Assembly (NCBI GenBank): GCA_964016885.1
Contig: OZ024747.1
Span: 67,022,001-67,086,000 of the forward strand
DNA: 64,000 bases
Source of the DNA: Eledone cirrhosa
Lineage: Eukaryota
Direction of reading: 5' to 3'
This document shows positions 29,304 to 44,430 of this stretch, one piece after another. Below the pieces are notes generated by a model that was not told where the DNA came from, did no database searches, and was given only the letters and a program-made list of their open reading frames with translations. Every line of letters begins with the position of its first letter. Positions within the stretch are counted from its first letter, which is position 1. A program made the translations under genes and the position numbers.

Positions 29304-29622
29304 CTATGTATGTATGTATGTATGTATGTATATACTATGGCTATACAAAGTAAATGATAACACATATGAAATGAAAAAAACTTGAAGGTGACTGGAGCGT
29401 AAAATATGACGAATAGATTTGGTTTGTATTTTGGTTGGTTTAGAAAAGCCATTATTACGTAAGTTTGGATGTGATGTAGAAATTGGCTCTGTTTAGTTAG
29501 AAGGTAGTTTAAGCTATAAAATAGCAATTTTAGTATATTCAACATCAAAATAAAGCATATTGACTTTTTCACTCAGAAAATAAAACAGGTTCTGATTTAA
29601 TATTATATCCTTTTGGCTCTGA

Positions 29623-29691
<69 letters not shown>

Positions 29692-29764
29692 GCTTTCTCT
29701 CTCTCTCTCTGACACACACCCACACTCCCTCTCACTTTCTCTCTATCTCTTTCTCTCTATCACC

Positions 29765-29797
<33 letters not shown>

Positions 29798-29854
29798 TAT
29801 AACTATACATGTATATATGTATAAATGTATATATATATTTATGTATATATACGT

Positions 29855-29928
<74 letters not shown>

Positions 29929-30531
29929 AATGTGTATTTATGTATTTATATATATATATATATTCATTATGTTTTCTCTATAACATATTTATAAACAAAA
30001 AGCCAGTGTACCACGTTTTTAATGTAAATATATATTTATTCTATAGATACAAAGTGGGTTTATGAGCTCCCCCCCCCCTCCATACTATTCATTACATTTC
30101 CTCTCTCTGATTCTCTCTGCCTCTCCCTTCTACTCTCTCCTAGTCTCTTTGTTAGTTCCTCCTTCTCTTCATCCATCCTTCTCTAACTTTTTTAGTTCAT
30201 GTTTCATCGTAATACGTTTAACCGGTTCCTGCCCGTTACATTCTAAACATTTAAAACATCAAAGGAATCGATTCGAAGCCAATATCTCCATATTTATTGA
30301 TACTTTCTCATTCAACTTGTTTCCAAAGTTTCCAAAGTTTCCAAATTTCGAAGAAACGTTTTTTCCACTTCTTTACTTATACCTATCTATCGTATCTCGA
30401 GAGAAGTTCAAGTATGAAGTACACCATAGTACGGCTTGTTTTATTTATTTCTTCGGTGAAAATATCGACAGATCTATACATACACATACTTGTACGTACA
30501 TTATGTGTATATATGTATATATATATATTGG

Positions 30532-30613
30532 GTCGTCAAGTATGAAATTTCTAGAAATTTCTAGAAATTTCTAGAAAAAAAAACAAATTTCTACAAATTT
30601 CATACTTGACGAC
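30532..30613. repeat. Small inverted repeat between TA runs
   Basis: gtcgtcaagtatgaaattt / aaatttcatacttgacgac with internal (ctagaaattt)n. Confidence 0.8.
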
Positions 30614-30730
30614 ATAATATATATATATATATATATACAAACCCTATATATGTATATACAAACACCTACTTGGACAGATGGACACACATATTCACACACA
30701 TACACACACACACACACACACATGTATATG

Positions 30731-30795
30731 CAGTGAAATTTCGTTATACTGAAAAATTCATTATAATGGTATTCGTTATAACCGAATTTTACCTG
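30731..30795. mobile_element. Possible tiny pogo/Tigger-like MITE remnant
   Basis: CAGTGAAATTTCGTTATA ... TATAACCGAATTTTACCTG followed by TA. Confidence 0.35.
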
Positions 30796-31398
30796 TATAT
30801 ATATGTCTGTGTGAATTTGTGTATGCTTTACGGCATATAGTTACCACCTTTACAATCTTCGTTCGAATCCCACCGAGGTCAAATTTGGCTTTCGTACATT
30901 CGTGGTTGATAAAAGAAAGTACTAGTTAAGTAGTGGTGTTGATATCACCGACTTTGAGAACACATAGAATAGCGCCTTGTCTTCCCTACTACTTGTGCAA
31001 CCGAACCCCTTTGGAACGTTCTACTGGATGACTGAGGATATAATAAGATAAGAATGCTTCTTCTGTGAGGTGTGCTAATGTGCGGCACTATCATGGGAAA
31101 GCTCTTTGACGGCCTGGCATCATATTCCCGACAGCTAGCTGGACAATATTAACGTAGAATGACCTTGTTTTCCCGGGAACACCATATATATATATACGTG
31201 CTATTGAAATGCTGGGTAAATATTCTATGGCTGTTTATCTATTATTTCTTCATAGGTGCCTTTTAATCTTATAGCCTGGTTTAATTGGTTTTTTGTGTTT
31301 GATTATGCTAATTGTGAGAAGAAATTGAGTATATATCTTATCAAATGATTCTAAGGACATAATTTATAGTATATATATATATACATATATACATATAG

Positions 31399-31462
<64 letters not shown>

Positions 31463-32219
31463 GCAGTAGTGACTTTAAATTAATTTCCAGTGAGTATGTA
31501 ATCCAATGCAGTCCTTAAATATTGTGAAACGAGTGTTTTACCTTGAACAAAGCGCTCTACTACTCTTTTAGATATTATATGTTCAAACCTCTTGTCTTAG
31601 AGATTATGCTTTTTAGGAAATTTCCACTTAACGAACACGATTTGATCAATTTCGGTTGCAGTTGCATCTACGTTAGCATTTATGTAGGAGATACTAGATA
31701 TATGTTTTTTTTATAGACAGGTTGGCGTCTGTGGGGTTTTTATCTACATACAACTGCCGTTTCTTTGTGATCCAGTTATAGACAAACAGAATATTCTTAT
31801 GAAATCAGCAAGCAAAACAAGATCAACTACCAATTTGCTCCCACATATCACAAAAGAAATAAAAAATAAAGAAATAAAGAAACAACACGAGAATGATTTA
31901 AAAGAGGTAGATTAAAAAGCAATAACAATTGGCAATGCGCAAATCATAGTGAAGCAGACCCATGAATTCATTATCAAATTAACAAATAAGTTAACAACAA
32001 TCAGAAAACACCTTAATGAAATATGATTTAGACGTTGGGCAATGAAAACGATTAATAAATACAAAAGTTTGAATTTGCTTTATTGTGTATAAAACCTCGA
32101 CAAAATGCTTCGATCGGGTAATTAGGTTAACAGCATATGCTAAAACAATTTAACAAAGTAGTTGTGTCATTGGGTATACAGAGTTACGATACAAAAGATA
32201 ACAAGATCTATCTCTGAAA

Positions 32220-32415
32220 ATGTATGCCATCGTCCCACCTCTGAGGCTGTGTCCACATTAGTGCTTTGGAAACCACAAGTAGTCACGAATAACGGGGGGC
32301 GCAAGCTCTCCTACCCCGATGTCATTTCCAGAGATTCTGGTATTGAAATCCAGGACTTAGCAACGGCAATGAACGACAGACCCACGTGGAGATCAATTGT
32401 TGAGTCCATTTCGTA
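32220..32415 (+). mobile_element. Decayed LINE C-terminus related to 16996-17242
   Basis: LVLWKP..GGRKLSYPDVISRDSG..DLATAMNDRPTWR. Confidence 0.65.
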
Positions 32416-32785
32416 GGAGCTAAAGAAGTTTTCAGCTAACACATTCGATGAATGCTATTGCTAATATTTTCATCTATTCTACTTTACAGACTCCTCCGTG
32501 TTCCACTGGCTAATGGAAGTCAGACATTTCTCGAAGTTATTTTCTTGAACATAATGCCAATAAAGTTTTAATTTATCATAAACTGGTATAAAAGTAAATG
32601 AAAATAGCTTCGTATAAAAAAGATATGTCATTCAGTTAGTAAATTTAGTCGAAAGATTTGTCATCAATATCTCTGAATATAGCAAGTTAATGTCAATTTC
32701 ATCTAAATTATTCTGGAAAAGAATTCAATTAAACTTTAAAGCGCTTTCAACTTTCATCATATATGTATACGAATATATTGGTCAA

Positions 32786-32828
<43 letters not shown>

Positions 32829-32838
32829 TACAGATTAA

Positions 32839-32894
<56 letters not shown>

Positions 32895-32904
32895 TACAGA
32901 TTAA

Positions 32905-32947
<43 letters not shown>

Positions 32948-33249
32948 ATAAAACATATATATATTTAGTGTAGGTAGTACGGTGATATACTGGTGTTGGT
33001 ACCAAATCAAGCACTCTATGCACAGTCAGAGTGTATATAATAGACAAATGAGGAAGTTTCGTTTACATTTAAAAAAATATTTATTGCGTATCGACTTGTT
33101 ACGTACGTTTTGCAGAGAATTGGCTCAAGGTGACCCATATGAGTCCATAACACCTGAGTCACCTTGAGTCACCTTGAGCCAGAATGTTCATTTGGCCGGT
33201 GTTTAAACTGGTTTCATGGCGAGACTGAGAGTATACAAGACTCCCCCAC

Positions 33250-33390
33250 CCCCCAGAACAGGACGCCAGTCCATCGCAGGGTTAAACCTCCAGCTATTGC
33301 TGGTATTCATTTTCAGCTGAGTGTACTGGAGCAACGTGAAATGACATTATGATGTTAAGTCCAACACACTTACCACTAGGCCACGTACCT
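33250..33390 (-). mobile_element. SINE group S2, internally deleted
   Basis: CAGCTGAGTGTACTGGAGCAACGTGAAAT plus reversed A box ACCACTAGGCCAC. Confidence 0.65.
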
Positions 33391-34544
33391 ATATATATGA
33401 GTGTGTGTGTGTGTTTGTGTGTGTTTGTATGTGTGTGTGTGTGTGTCTGTGTGTGTTTGTGTGTGTGTGTGTGTGTGTGTACATACATACTTATATATAT
33501 ATATAAATGTATGTATGTATGTGCGTGTGTGTATGTGAACAATGGTCTGTGCTTTTCTGTGTCAACATGTCTCCCAACGATCAATTATTTTATCTTTCTG
33601 CGTTAATATGTTTATTTTAAAAATCATCATTGCATAATAATCTTCTTCTTAGTATTTTGACAAATAACCACCTCACTTTTTTCCTCTCCCCTTCCTCGTC
33701 CTTCTCATCATCGCCATCCTCATCTTAAACAACATCAAGTTATATACCTACAGGTTCCACGTTAGAATCTATTCATCATATTAATACTTCCTTTGATTCT
33801 AAGATATTTAATAGAATTTTTCTCCCCAGAAATGCACAGCTTCTTTATTCAAACAATCTATTCTATATGTTATATATTATATAACATTTATGAATATATA
33901 TATATTCTATTCAATAGGAAGATAAGATATCAACATTTATATATACTTTATTTTGTAGAGAATTTGTCGCCAATTTCCAAACTTGATTGCAGAATCAACT
34001 TACGAGATGACGCACACTTGGAAGCAGATCCATAGTGTATATTATTGTCACATGCCTATAAATAATATCAGCGCACATATTATAGTTACATATCTATATA
34101 TAATATCACCGTATATGTTGTTACGTACCTCTATGCAATTGTTTTTTAGTTTAGGCACAAGACCAGCAATTTGGTAGTGGAGCAATGAGTCGGTCATATC
34201 AATGTACATGACTGGTACTATATTTTATGGACCACGAAGGATGAAAGACGACAGTAACCTCGACAGTATTTGAAATAAGAACGTAAAAGATCATAAATAA
34301 AGGCCACAACCACTTCCAGATATTCTAACGATTCTGCCAATCCACGAACTTTTTCTAGGTCCCTACGTATATCACAGTATATAACATTTCCACATGCCAA
34401 TATAAAATATCGCCGTGTATATTATTGACACATAGATGTTTATACATTCATATTGTGTATTATTTTCGCATACCTCTACAGATGCATCATAGATGCGTTG
34501 TTGTGTGTTGTGGGACCTCAGTTCTAAAGATGAGTGTTCTATAT

Positions 34545-34836
34545 GTTAGATCAACGAACAACCTTCTTGTGGAATTAACTTGCGAGGGGTTGAGTATTCC
34601 ACATAAACTCTTAACGTAGTTCTCTTAACGTAGTTCTCAGTGAAATTCAGCTTGATACAGTATATGACAAGGCTGGCCTTTTGAATTATATTTACAATTG
34701 ATCTTCGCCAACTGAGTGGAGTGGAGCAAAGTGAAATATAGTGTTTATCTCAAAGACATAAAGCGCCGCTCAGAAACGAACTCAATGTCGTAAGATCGGA
34801 AGCCGAACATCATACACCACTAAGCCACGCGCCTTC
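34545..34836 (-). mobile_element. tRNA-SINE with S2-type head
   Basis: ACCACTAAGCCACGCGCCTTC head, CTGAGTGGAGTGGAGCAA domain; tail related to 45680-45850 and 46730-46900. Confidence 0.7.
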
Positions 34837-35804
34837 ACCATTTGCTGCCAAAAATCTTCAGACAAAACCATTTTATTCATTTTGTCACATACCATCTGTA
34901 GAGAATCGTTATATATATTCTCGTATACCTCTTTTCTAAACCATTTTAATTATAATTGTTACAGATTTCTCTACAAATATACTTGACATAGTATTGCCAT
35001 TTTTTAATGTTTAGACACTCGAGACTGGGAAGTAGGATACAGGAAGGTATTCTCATTTTAAAAGAAGCCAAACCGGGTGATGGGTAAAAGCCACCACCCG
35101 ATTAGGCCACATCTAGTTTTGAACTAATGTTAAATAGCTCTCGACTCTGATACAAACGCTACGGTAAGGCAATAAAGCAGCTTTTATCTGTGGGAACTCG
35201 AATTTGTACATTGTAGATAACAAATAACTAGATAAATAAATGGTTGTAGACATTATCTGGATCTAATAAATAAATTGATACGTGACACTGATTAGAAAAG
35301 TATATGCCAAGCAAACTTTGAAGAAAAGAAAATTAAGAAAAAGAAAACTAATATCATTTTAGAGATAAATATATTGCAATTCTCACAGACATACAAATAT
35401 TTGAGAACAAACAAATAAGTGAAAGATTCACACAAATGAAAGAAAATATTAACCTAGAATGCTACAGCTGCACTAGATTAATAATTCATACATAATTTAA
35501 AGCAGAAAAAGAGAGCAGAGGAATGAATACCCTCACGCTAAGTTAAGCAATGGAAATCACAAATATATGGTTTAGAATATATAGTTCGACAGATTTGGTA
35601 AAATTTGTGTTGTTTTATCTTTCCTAAAAATCATCTGGATTTGACACTAAGCGATAAGAAGACCGTTCCTTTGGGTTAAGACTAAACTGGATTTGTATTC
35701 TCATACTACTCAAGATGTGTGAGACCTCCTTAACTTTGTCAACTATGTCTTCTTCGTGAGTTACATGATAATCTAACCCACAGTCCAATATCTTCTTGTT
35801 CGCC

Positions 35805-36005
35805 TACTTAACACTCCTTTCAGCGGGGCCTGTCAGAAGCAACTGTCTCCAACTGATCCGGTAGGATTCCCAAGCGAGACCAGCCAAGCTCATAGATTTT
35901 ATCCAACGATCTTGCTCGGAGTCTACTCCTGGGTCTCTTGCCGGTTGGTTTTGCCTGTAAAAATGTGCCCACGATTCTTTCCTGAGACATTCTAACCACA
36001 TGCCC
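35805..36005 (-). mobile_element. Decayed RTE-like LINE C-terminus
   Basis: Minus frame GHVVRMSQERIV..AKPTGKRPRSRLRARSLD..DR. Confidence 0.65.
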
Positions 36006-36016
36006 ATAGTATGTGC

Positions 36017-36059
<43 letters not shown>

Positions 36060-36062
36060 AGA

Positions 36063-36185
<123 letters not shown>

Positions 36186-36641
36186 AAATCTAATGCAATA
36201 TATATAAAATTACGTGATTGAATTATGTCTTATTGTTTAGATGATAATATATATATTTAAAATCGATTTAAGATTGTCTGTGTATGCAATCAGTCATACA
36301 TAACATTTCACTAATGAAATTACACCTTTTGTTAACTAAATTATCATCATATACCAACGAATCGATTATGATTCAGATTTTGATATTTACCTGTGAAGTA
36401 TTTTGAAAACGAAATAAAAACATTTATCTCTTTCTCTCTTTAAACTAGAAGAAAAACATTTTATGATTTTACATTGCTCTGAAAAAATCCACTTCCATTG
36501 AAATACGTATCTATAATTAAAATGTTTACTATTTTTAATATCTTCATTTTTATTATCATATTCATATTATTACCAAGAATATATAGATAGAGATAAATAA
36601 AAAATAAATACGAAGTGGAATATTGAAATCAAGTTCCAGTT

Positions 36642-36716
<75 letters not shown>

Positions 36717-37504
36717 CTATCTCTATCTCTATCTATCTGTCTGCCTGTCTGCCTGTCTGCTGCCTATTTCACTCTCCATTATTTACTTCCAATATATATA
36801 TATGTGCGTGTGTGTCTGTGTCTGGGTACATATATATATAATGTATATTTACTGTTTATATGTACATAAAAAAATATATATATATATATATTGCATACTA
36901 GTAGCAAGTTTATGAAGCGTGTGGGAGATTAAAATTTCGAAGTAAATTCTTTTGTTGATGAACAAAGAACCACCATACATGAATCACCCCTATATAATAG
37001 CTGTGAATACATCGGAGATGAAGCTATATAGGTGGGTAATATTAAAAAGTAAAGTGTAAGATAAACTTTACGAGAGTGAGATTTTGCATCACTAAATATT
37101 AACCTCACTAAATACAAACTGTATAGACCACAATATTTCTTCTGTTTTTTCATGACAAAATGAAGCGATTATCCTGAGTAGTTTCATACTTTATTAAATT
37201 CTCGCCAGTGATCGCTCAGACAAATTCTGTCCCCAGAAGAAAAAAGAATGTATAATTATTGAATGTTATACACTCGTAGGGACAGCATCCAATTGATTTT
37301 TCTAATTGTCATAATAGAGTAAGTTCTGGTTAACATTGTATAGTAAAACATTACAACGTCTACATTTTAATCATATCTCATTGTATACATACTGCAGACA
37401 AATTACATTGTAACTATTAAAGGAAATAAACTTCGTTTCGGGACACAACACTATGGTAAAGGACGTGCGTCTACATGTGAGAACACAGATACCTAAATAT
37501 GGAA

Positions 37505-38283
37505 TGTTACGCGATACCTGAGGAATGTTGGCCTCCTCAGCCAGACGTGCAGCAGAATCTGGGTTAGTCGCAGACTGCACCAGGTTGCGGCTTCAGAAAG
37601 TGTCGGTGCAAGTAGCATCCCAGACGAGGCGTTTGCCACCGCGGAACGGGAAGATGGTCATGCCAGCTGGCCTTTTGCCGTCCCCTCGGTCCAGCACCAC
37701 CGGCTCGAGCTGGGAAGGGAAGCCCGCAGCGTCCAAGCCATGCTTTATGACCTCGTTGAGGGCAGCATAGCGTGGAAGGCGGCCAGCACTGTGGCGACAC
37801 GAAAGCGGGTGGAGGCCGAAAGAGTCCACGGTGGATCTGCAGCGACATTGGTGTGGCTCGCAGATCCGGAGGCCGAGCCTCAAGGAAACGCCGATGCGCA
37901 GGCTATTGTTGTCTAGCTGCGTGCCAGTGAAGAAGGAGGGCAGGGCATGGAGCCAGGCACCACTGTGGGGTTTGGAGGCCGCACGAAAGCAGGCAAGGCG
38001 GTACTGGTCGAGCTGGCGCGTGAGCCTGTCTGAGGCCAGGCTGCACTGGATGGCATCCCAAGTGCTTTGGGCGGACTTGACGTCAACAGGGGGAGAAGGA
38101 GGAGGGACGTCTACTGGGCTAAGTCCCAGCCGGTCCCACGTCTCACAGGCGGCCTCACAGGCGGCCTCACGTTCTCTGAACACAGAGGGTTCTATTGTGT
38201 TTTGAAGAACCCTACTGACGAGGACGCGGCACGAGGTTACCGACGAAAGATACGCCGGCAAAGCCAGTGAGATTGGGGACCTC
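37505..38283 (-). mobile_element. CRE-like non-LTR retrotransposon fragment (zinc knuckle and RLE)
   Basis: LALPAYLSS, SGAWLHALP, LRLG, CRC..GLHPLSC, EP..RGDGKRPAGMTIFPF..LVWDAT; GC-rich island. Confidence 0.8.
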
Positions 38284-38840
38284 ATAATAGAGTATGTTCT
38301 GATTAACATAAATAATGTATTAAGGCTAATTACTTAATAAAGGATTAAAAGATCAACGTTGATCTCCTTTGCATTGTAGTGTGAGAAGAACATATTTGAG
38401 GAACTAATTTATTTACTTCTCACACCTTGAATAAATGCTGTGTATCCTAAAGGGATTTCCTTGTATTCCAAATTATCATAATACGCGGTGTGTAGTACTT
38501 CTAGCAATTAAATAATTAATTCATGTTCTCAGCGCTTGTACTGTTATGTAAATTATATAGACCAATTCAGTGGTGTTGTAGTGTAGCGTCTACCAAAAGA
38601 TAGATCTCTAATGAGAGTTAAATAAATAACGAGTAGATAGTTTATTGCGTGTTCTGATGACCAGGGGACAAGTATATTGTGTAATGTTTCAGAGTGAAAC
38701 TGAATTGTGTTTAGTGAAAACACTCAGTCGTAAGGTTTCTTTTATATTTTCCAATCCTAAAAATCAATTTGTAAAGCATTCAAACACGCATACAGCCTCA
38801 CACATACACACACACAAATACACACACACAAACACACAAA

Positions 38841-38937
<97 letters not shown>

Positions 38938-39675
38938 ATATACATATACATATACATACACATATATATACATACATCGTATTATTGAAGGAATTGAATC
39001 TGGTTGAAGATTATCCTGCTGTATTGAAATGAAAAACAATCATATAGCATACATATGCATTGAATTCTCTTCCTATAATGGGATACCAATCACTAGTATT
39101 GCATATGTGCGTGTGTGATCGAATTCAAGGGACATTTCAAGACGCCGTTTCATTATTTATAATTAACATTATCGCTCAGAAAACGATATATGTCTCTGTC
39201 CTATCTTTGCTTATGTTGGCAGTAAAGGCAGCCATGTGTGTAGCTGTAATATAAGATTGGAGATAAAATTAATATTTATTGAGATTCATGACACAAGCAT
39301 CTAATACGGAAATTTAAAACCAATTTGTTCTCGTCGAAGAAAGAACAAAGAACAGAAAATTCCAATAGTTTTAATTTCATTCAATGTAAGGATTTAAAAC
39401 TGAAAATATTTTAGCATCGCTCCTTGTTAAATTAATGACAGAAAAAAGAATAAGAGAAGAATATATTTTATCTTATAGCCGAGTAACTTAAGTCGATTTA
39501 ATGGCTTGGAAGGAATATAAAATATTTATTGTTGACAATGTGGCACAGGCGATTCCCAAAACCCAGTTTTCGATTCAGTACAATGATTTTTCTATGCTGT
39601 TCAAGAAAGTTACTCACAAACACAAAATATGTACAATCTAAAAGTTAGTTTCGCAATCATGTAGTGTGTGCGTGC

Positions 39676-39709
<34 letters not shown>

Positions 39710-39748
39710 ACGTAGCACGATATTTACACGTTATTACTTAACTTATAT

Positions 39749-39936
39749 GGCGGTGGATTGGCAGTATCAGTAGAGGGTCGGACGCCATGCTTTCCAGCAT
39801 AGTTACGTCCCTTTACGATCTGAGTTCAAATCCCGCCGAGGTTGACTTTGCCTTTCATCCTTACGGGGTCGATAAAATAAAGTACCAGTAATGCACTGGG
39901 AAATTGCTGGCCTTGTGCCTAAAGTAGAGACAATTA
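39749..39936 (+). mobile_element. SINE family S1, full length
   Basis: A-box-like TGGCAGTATCAGT, B box GAGTTCAAATCC, conserved body and tail. Confidence 0.9.
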
Positions 39937-40067
39937 CTTAACTTATTTCAAAACTTGATCATCCAAGCTCAGCTCCTCCTCAGATATCATATTTGCAATA
40001 TCATACTAACTATATTAAAATACATTATAATCCTTCCCACGAGATTGAGTTCTCTCCACACATAATG

Positions 40068-40157
<90 letters not shown>

Positions 40158-40299
40158 ATATATATATATACATTCACATTACCTCAGTATATTCAACTGA
40201 AAACAAGTACCAGCAATAGCTGGGGGTTTAAAACATATTTTTCCCCAGAGTCTGCATTTCTGGATGTCAGAAGTTTTGAAGATGATATATTTAACCAAA

Positions 40300-40742
40300 C
40301 TGATAACAAGAGCTTGGGCTCGTATTGCGATTATAAGGATTTCAGTGTTACGCTTCAAATCGCCTTCCTTAAGCCATATCCACGATGTTGTTTTGCCCTG
40401 ATATACTTTGTATTTCTTTCAAACAACCCATACATTCTCATTTCCAGATCTTTTCTCTTCAAGTACTTCGTTAAACTCTTCCTAATTCATTTGAATTTAT
40501 AACCACGTCTCCTGCTGTCTACTGCAATAATTCTTCGTCACTGTTTACCAGATATTCTGCAAGCGTTCTATTTCCGCTCCTTATACAATAATCCACACTG
40601 ATGATTATTTCATTTCAGGAAGAATCTATTTATATTTGATTTAGGGTGTAAAGCTCCATACAATGTCAGTAACTTTCACGTCTTTCTATCCAACTTTGCT
40701 ATTTCTTCTTCTGTCCACCTGACAATTGACGCACTATATCTA
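40300..40742 (-). mobile_element. Decayed R4/Dong-like RT thumb fragment
   Basis: Minus frames YSASIVRWTEEEIAKLDRKT*KLLTLYGALHPKS and WLKEGDLKRNTE. Confidence 0.7.
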
Positions 40743-40747
40743 ACCAG

Positions 40748-40975
40748 GGCGGTCGGTTGGCTGCATCGGTAGAGCGTCGGACACCATGCTTCGCGACATA
40801 GAGTTACGGCCCTTTATGTTCTGAGTTATCCCGCCGAGGTAGCTTTGCTTTTCATCCTTTCTGGGTCGATAAAATAAAGTACTTGTAATACACTGCGGTC
40901 GATTTAATCAACTTTCCCCTCCGCACCAAATTGCTGGCCTTGTGTCTATAGTAGAAATCAGTATTATTATTATTG
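40748..40975 (+). mobile_element. SINE family S1 variant
   Basis: S1 body with a longer pre-tail segment and an (ATT)n/(GTT)n tail. Confidence 0.85.
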
Positions 40976-41189
40976 TTGTTGTTGTTGTTGTTGTCATTAT
41001 TATTGTTTATATTTGTGAGAACGTCTTTCTATAGTTTATGAAACAGTTTGTATACCAGTTAATCTCTTCATCGACACACAGGGATGGTTATTGCCATGAA
41101 ATGTATCATTGTTTATTTATTGCATATTATATCAGGCACTTTATTCAACAAATACATTAGCTCTGCCGCTTTTCTGTGTGTCTGCGGAT

Positions 41190-41373
41190 CTGTATGTTTA
41201 TGTGTCTATATGTTTATGTGTCTATATGTTTATGTGTCTATATGTTTATGTGTCTATATGTTTATGTGTCTGTATGTTTATGTGTCTGTATGTTTATGTG
41301 TCTATATGTTTATGTGTCTGTATGTTTATGTGTCTGTATGTTTATGTGTCTATATGTTTATGTGTCTGTATGT
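41190..41373. repeat. 16 bp minisatellite (tgtttatgtgtctrta), about 11 copies
   Basis: Direct reading. Confidence 0.9.
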
Positions 41374-41504
41374 TTTCATACCCGACTAGGGAGATATGTT
41401 ATAAGTAATGTATACTGGATATTTTACAAAAAAAAAAGAACGCTGTTAAACTGATTAATACATGTACTACAACACTGGTGTTTCATATGTATACCTATTT
41501 ATGC

Positions 41505-41574
<70 letters not shown>

Positions 41575-41579
<5 letters not shown>

Positions 41580-41771
41580 CCGGGTTCAGTCGGGGTAACC
41601 ACAGTAAGTAAGGTACTCAATACATAGTAGAGTGTAAATGTTTAATATAGAAATGGTTTCTACGAGACTAGAACTGTTTCATTCGAAGGAAATCACCAGG
41701 AAAGCTTTCCTGATGATTTACTTCGAATAAAACAGTTCTAGTCCTCCTGTAGAAGCCATTTCTATATTAAA
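41575..41771 (-). mobile_element. Family B fold-back element
   Basis: Tail 41575-41640; turn at AGGAAAGCTTTCCT immediately 5' of CTGATGA. Confidence 0.85.
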
Positions 41772-41805
41772 TATAAATAAATAAATAAATATATATATAT
41801 ATATA

Positions 41806-42693
41806 CAAAAGTTCTATTTAAATTGTTGGGATACAACAAGTAAATATTTTTATAACTGATATAAAGCACTCGACAAGTATTTCGAGTAGATATACGATAT
41901 TAACAAATGGAAACTATATTTATAAAACCATATTTATTTCATTATACATATTTCAAGGATACCAAGTTAAATTATGGTATGCCTTCATCAGACAAAATAC
42001 AATATATACCAGTTTTTTATGTATCTTTGCCTATATGTACGTGCTATACGTTAGATAATTTCTCTAGCAATATATATATTTTGTGATGTTTAAATTCCAA
42101 TTTTTAATATATTGATCTCAATTTTTAAACTAAATATCTAATCATAATTAAACAATCATTAATTTCTCATATTATATATGTATATTCCATTCATGAATAT
42201 TAATATTTCTAATTTTATTTATTCATTTCATCTCAATTGTTACGTGTAACTCAACTTAATATGACATGACTTAAGGTTTTCATTCTCTCCCCCTCTCTCT
42301 ATCTCTATATTTCTCTCTCTTGAGTTTTTTCTCTCTGTCTGGTGGTTTGATATCTCTCTGTTGTTTTCCTCTGGTTTCTTTTTTTCTTTCCTCTTTTTCT
42401 TTATTTATCTCTCCCTTTCTTTTCTCCACGTTTCTCTCTCTCTCTCTCCGTCTTTTTACTTATCCTTAACACTACGACTTACTAAAATAAAATAAACAAA
42501 CCACTATCCTGATGTCTTCCAAAAGTAACGGTCGCATTTTGAAAGGGTACGTCAATGTTTATTTATAAAACTGGTATATATTGTATTTTGTCTGATGAAG
42601 GCATACAATAATTTAACTTGGTATCCTTGAAATATGTATAATGAAATAAATATGGTTTTATAAATATAGTTTCCATTTGTTAATATCGTATAT
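41806..42693 (-). mobile_element. Family D element with inverted arms and 550 bp spacer, in (TA)n
   Basis: Arms 41890-42016 and 42567-42693; tail 41806-41889; HHR-like core at 42592-42638 on plus. Confidence 0.85.
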
Positions 42694-43096
42694 ATATATA
42701 TATATATATATATAAGTGGTTACACAACAGTTAGATCCGCTAAGGTGAAACAATTGTTCTCGGTATGGTGAACTAACTGTTGTGCAACCACCTCTACCTA
42801 ACTCGTCCCATGGACTGAGTGCTCTACCACTACGGATATTACCTACCTTCCAGTGTTTCACTTAATTATATTTCATTTAGAGGTGAATTCTACAGGACTA
42901 TTACTGTTTGATTTTGTGGTGAAATCTGTTTTCTTGGTGAGTTGAACTTGTCAATACATACACTTGTGTTTGTATGTGTATGTGTATGTGTATGTGTATG
43001 TTTGTGTGTGTATGTGTGTGTATGTGTATGTGTATGTGTGCGTGAGTGTGTGTATGTAAGTGTGTGTTTGTATGTGTATGTATGTGTGTGAGTGAG

Positions 43097-44430
43097 TTCC
43101 TCTGGTTTCATTTTTTTTATATCTTACCAAAAGATTTAGAACCTGATTCTATCACAGAAATAAGAATTTTTGCATTGGAATCTAGATAACTTTAATTAGA
43201 TAATTGTGTGTGTCTGCCTGTATGGGCGTGTGTATGGGTGCATCTAAGTGTAAGTATGCCGGTATGACTATCATTGCATGTGTGGATTTGTATGTTTTGA
43301 GTTATATGTACGCATACATATATGTTTCTATTTCTATCGGTTTGTGTATGCAGCCATCGCATGCTAAACTTATGGAATGTCATACATATTCTTACAGTTT
43401 CACTAAAGGGCTGTACTTGCAATTTCCTAATTAGCCGCGCTCTTTCTAGTTCTGTGACGCTCAGCTTCTCCAAAATTGTTCTGAGATAGATGGTAAATAA
43501 TCCATGTGCTACAATGAATACAGGTATAATTCTAAAGCTATTGTCAGGATGGAGTATCTACAGGTTTCTCATTTGTTCATCATACATTTTTTTTCCTTTT
43601 CGATAATTCTTAATACTATATTAACATCTGCTGTGCAACAACTGTGCATGCCTTTTTTTTCTCTCTCCCATTTCATTTAGTCTGTTATGTCAATACTTTA
43701 CTGGGATATTGACTGAAACATTCCACTCGCGCTCTTTCATTTTATGTGTGAATTGCCCTCCACATCGCAGTAAATTCTGGTATTTTTATGTCAGGACTAT
43801 TCTTTCTCTGGATCGCAGTGTTTTGCCTCATAGGCGGATTGTACCGGGATGACATCCTCGAGCAGCTGCGTATTATGCATATAGTATTGCCAATGCTTAT
43901 TCTATGTTGTAGCATTTATGTGGTTGGCCTGCGTCTCTGTCTCCTTGTGCATCTGGTATTTCTAGTTCCTGGATAGTAAACACATCCTATAAAATTAGGG
44001 CTAATTTCCAAGTTGTTTGAACAAGATAGACTATTGTGATTAGCTATATTACTCTTACTTTGAAGCTTTCGGATGATATACACATGCATGACTTGCTGCT
44101 AATAAGAATACCGCTTTGAATCCAATGATTTGTTGTGGCAGTGTTATGCAAATTCTCTGGGGGTGTGATTTTGTTCCTCAGGGAGTATTTCTCAAGGAGA
44201 TCATTCCCAACTTTCATGATGTTTTCTTCATCATGTAGAGAGATTTGTTCTAAGGATGGGTTTCTATATTTTGATGCTTAGTAGATGCTGTTGAAGGGGC
44301 ATGATGCGACATTCAAAAGCAATTTGGATTAATATTAAGCAACTGTCTCCCTATTTACGTTTAAGTCAGCAGCAGTCTATGCCACTGTTAATGTGGAAAT
44401 ATCTGGTACCGGTTAAAACTTTTCGGTCCC
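43097..44430 (-). mobile_element. Decayed copy of the R4/Dong-like element
   Basis: Collinear with 9339-10720 including the 3' UTR; many stops; starts next to a TATG/TG-rich tract. Confidence 0.8.

Noticed and set aside
29096-29353. PolyA/polyQ coding exon
   Set aside because: Embedded in simple repeats with no recognisable flanking protein sequence
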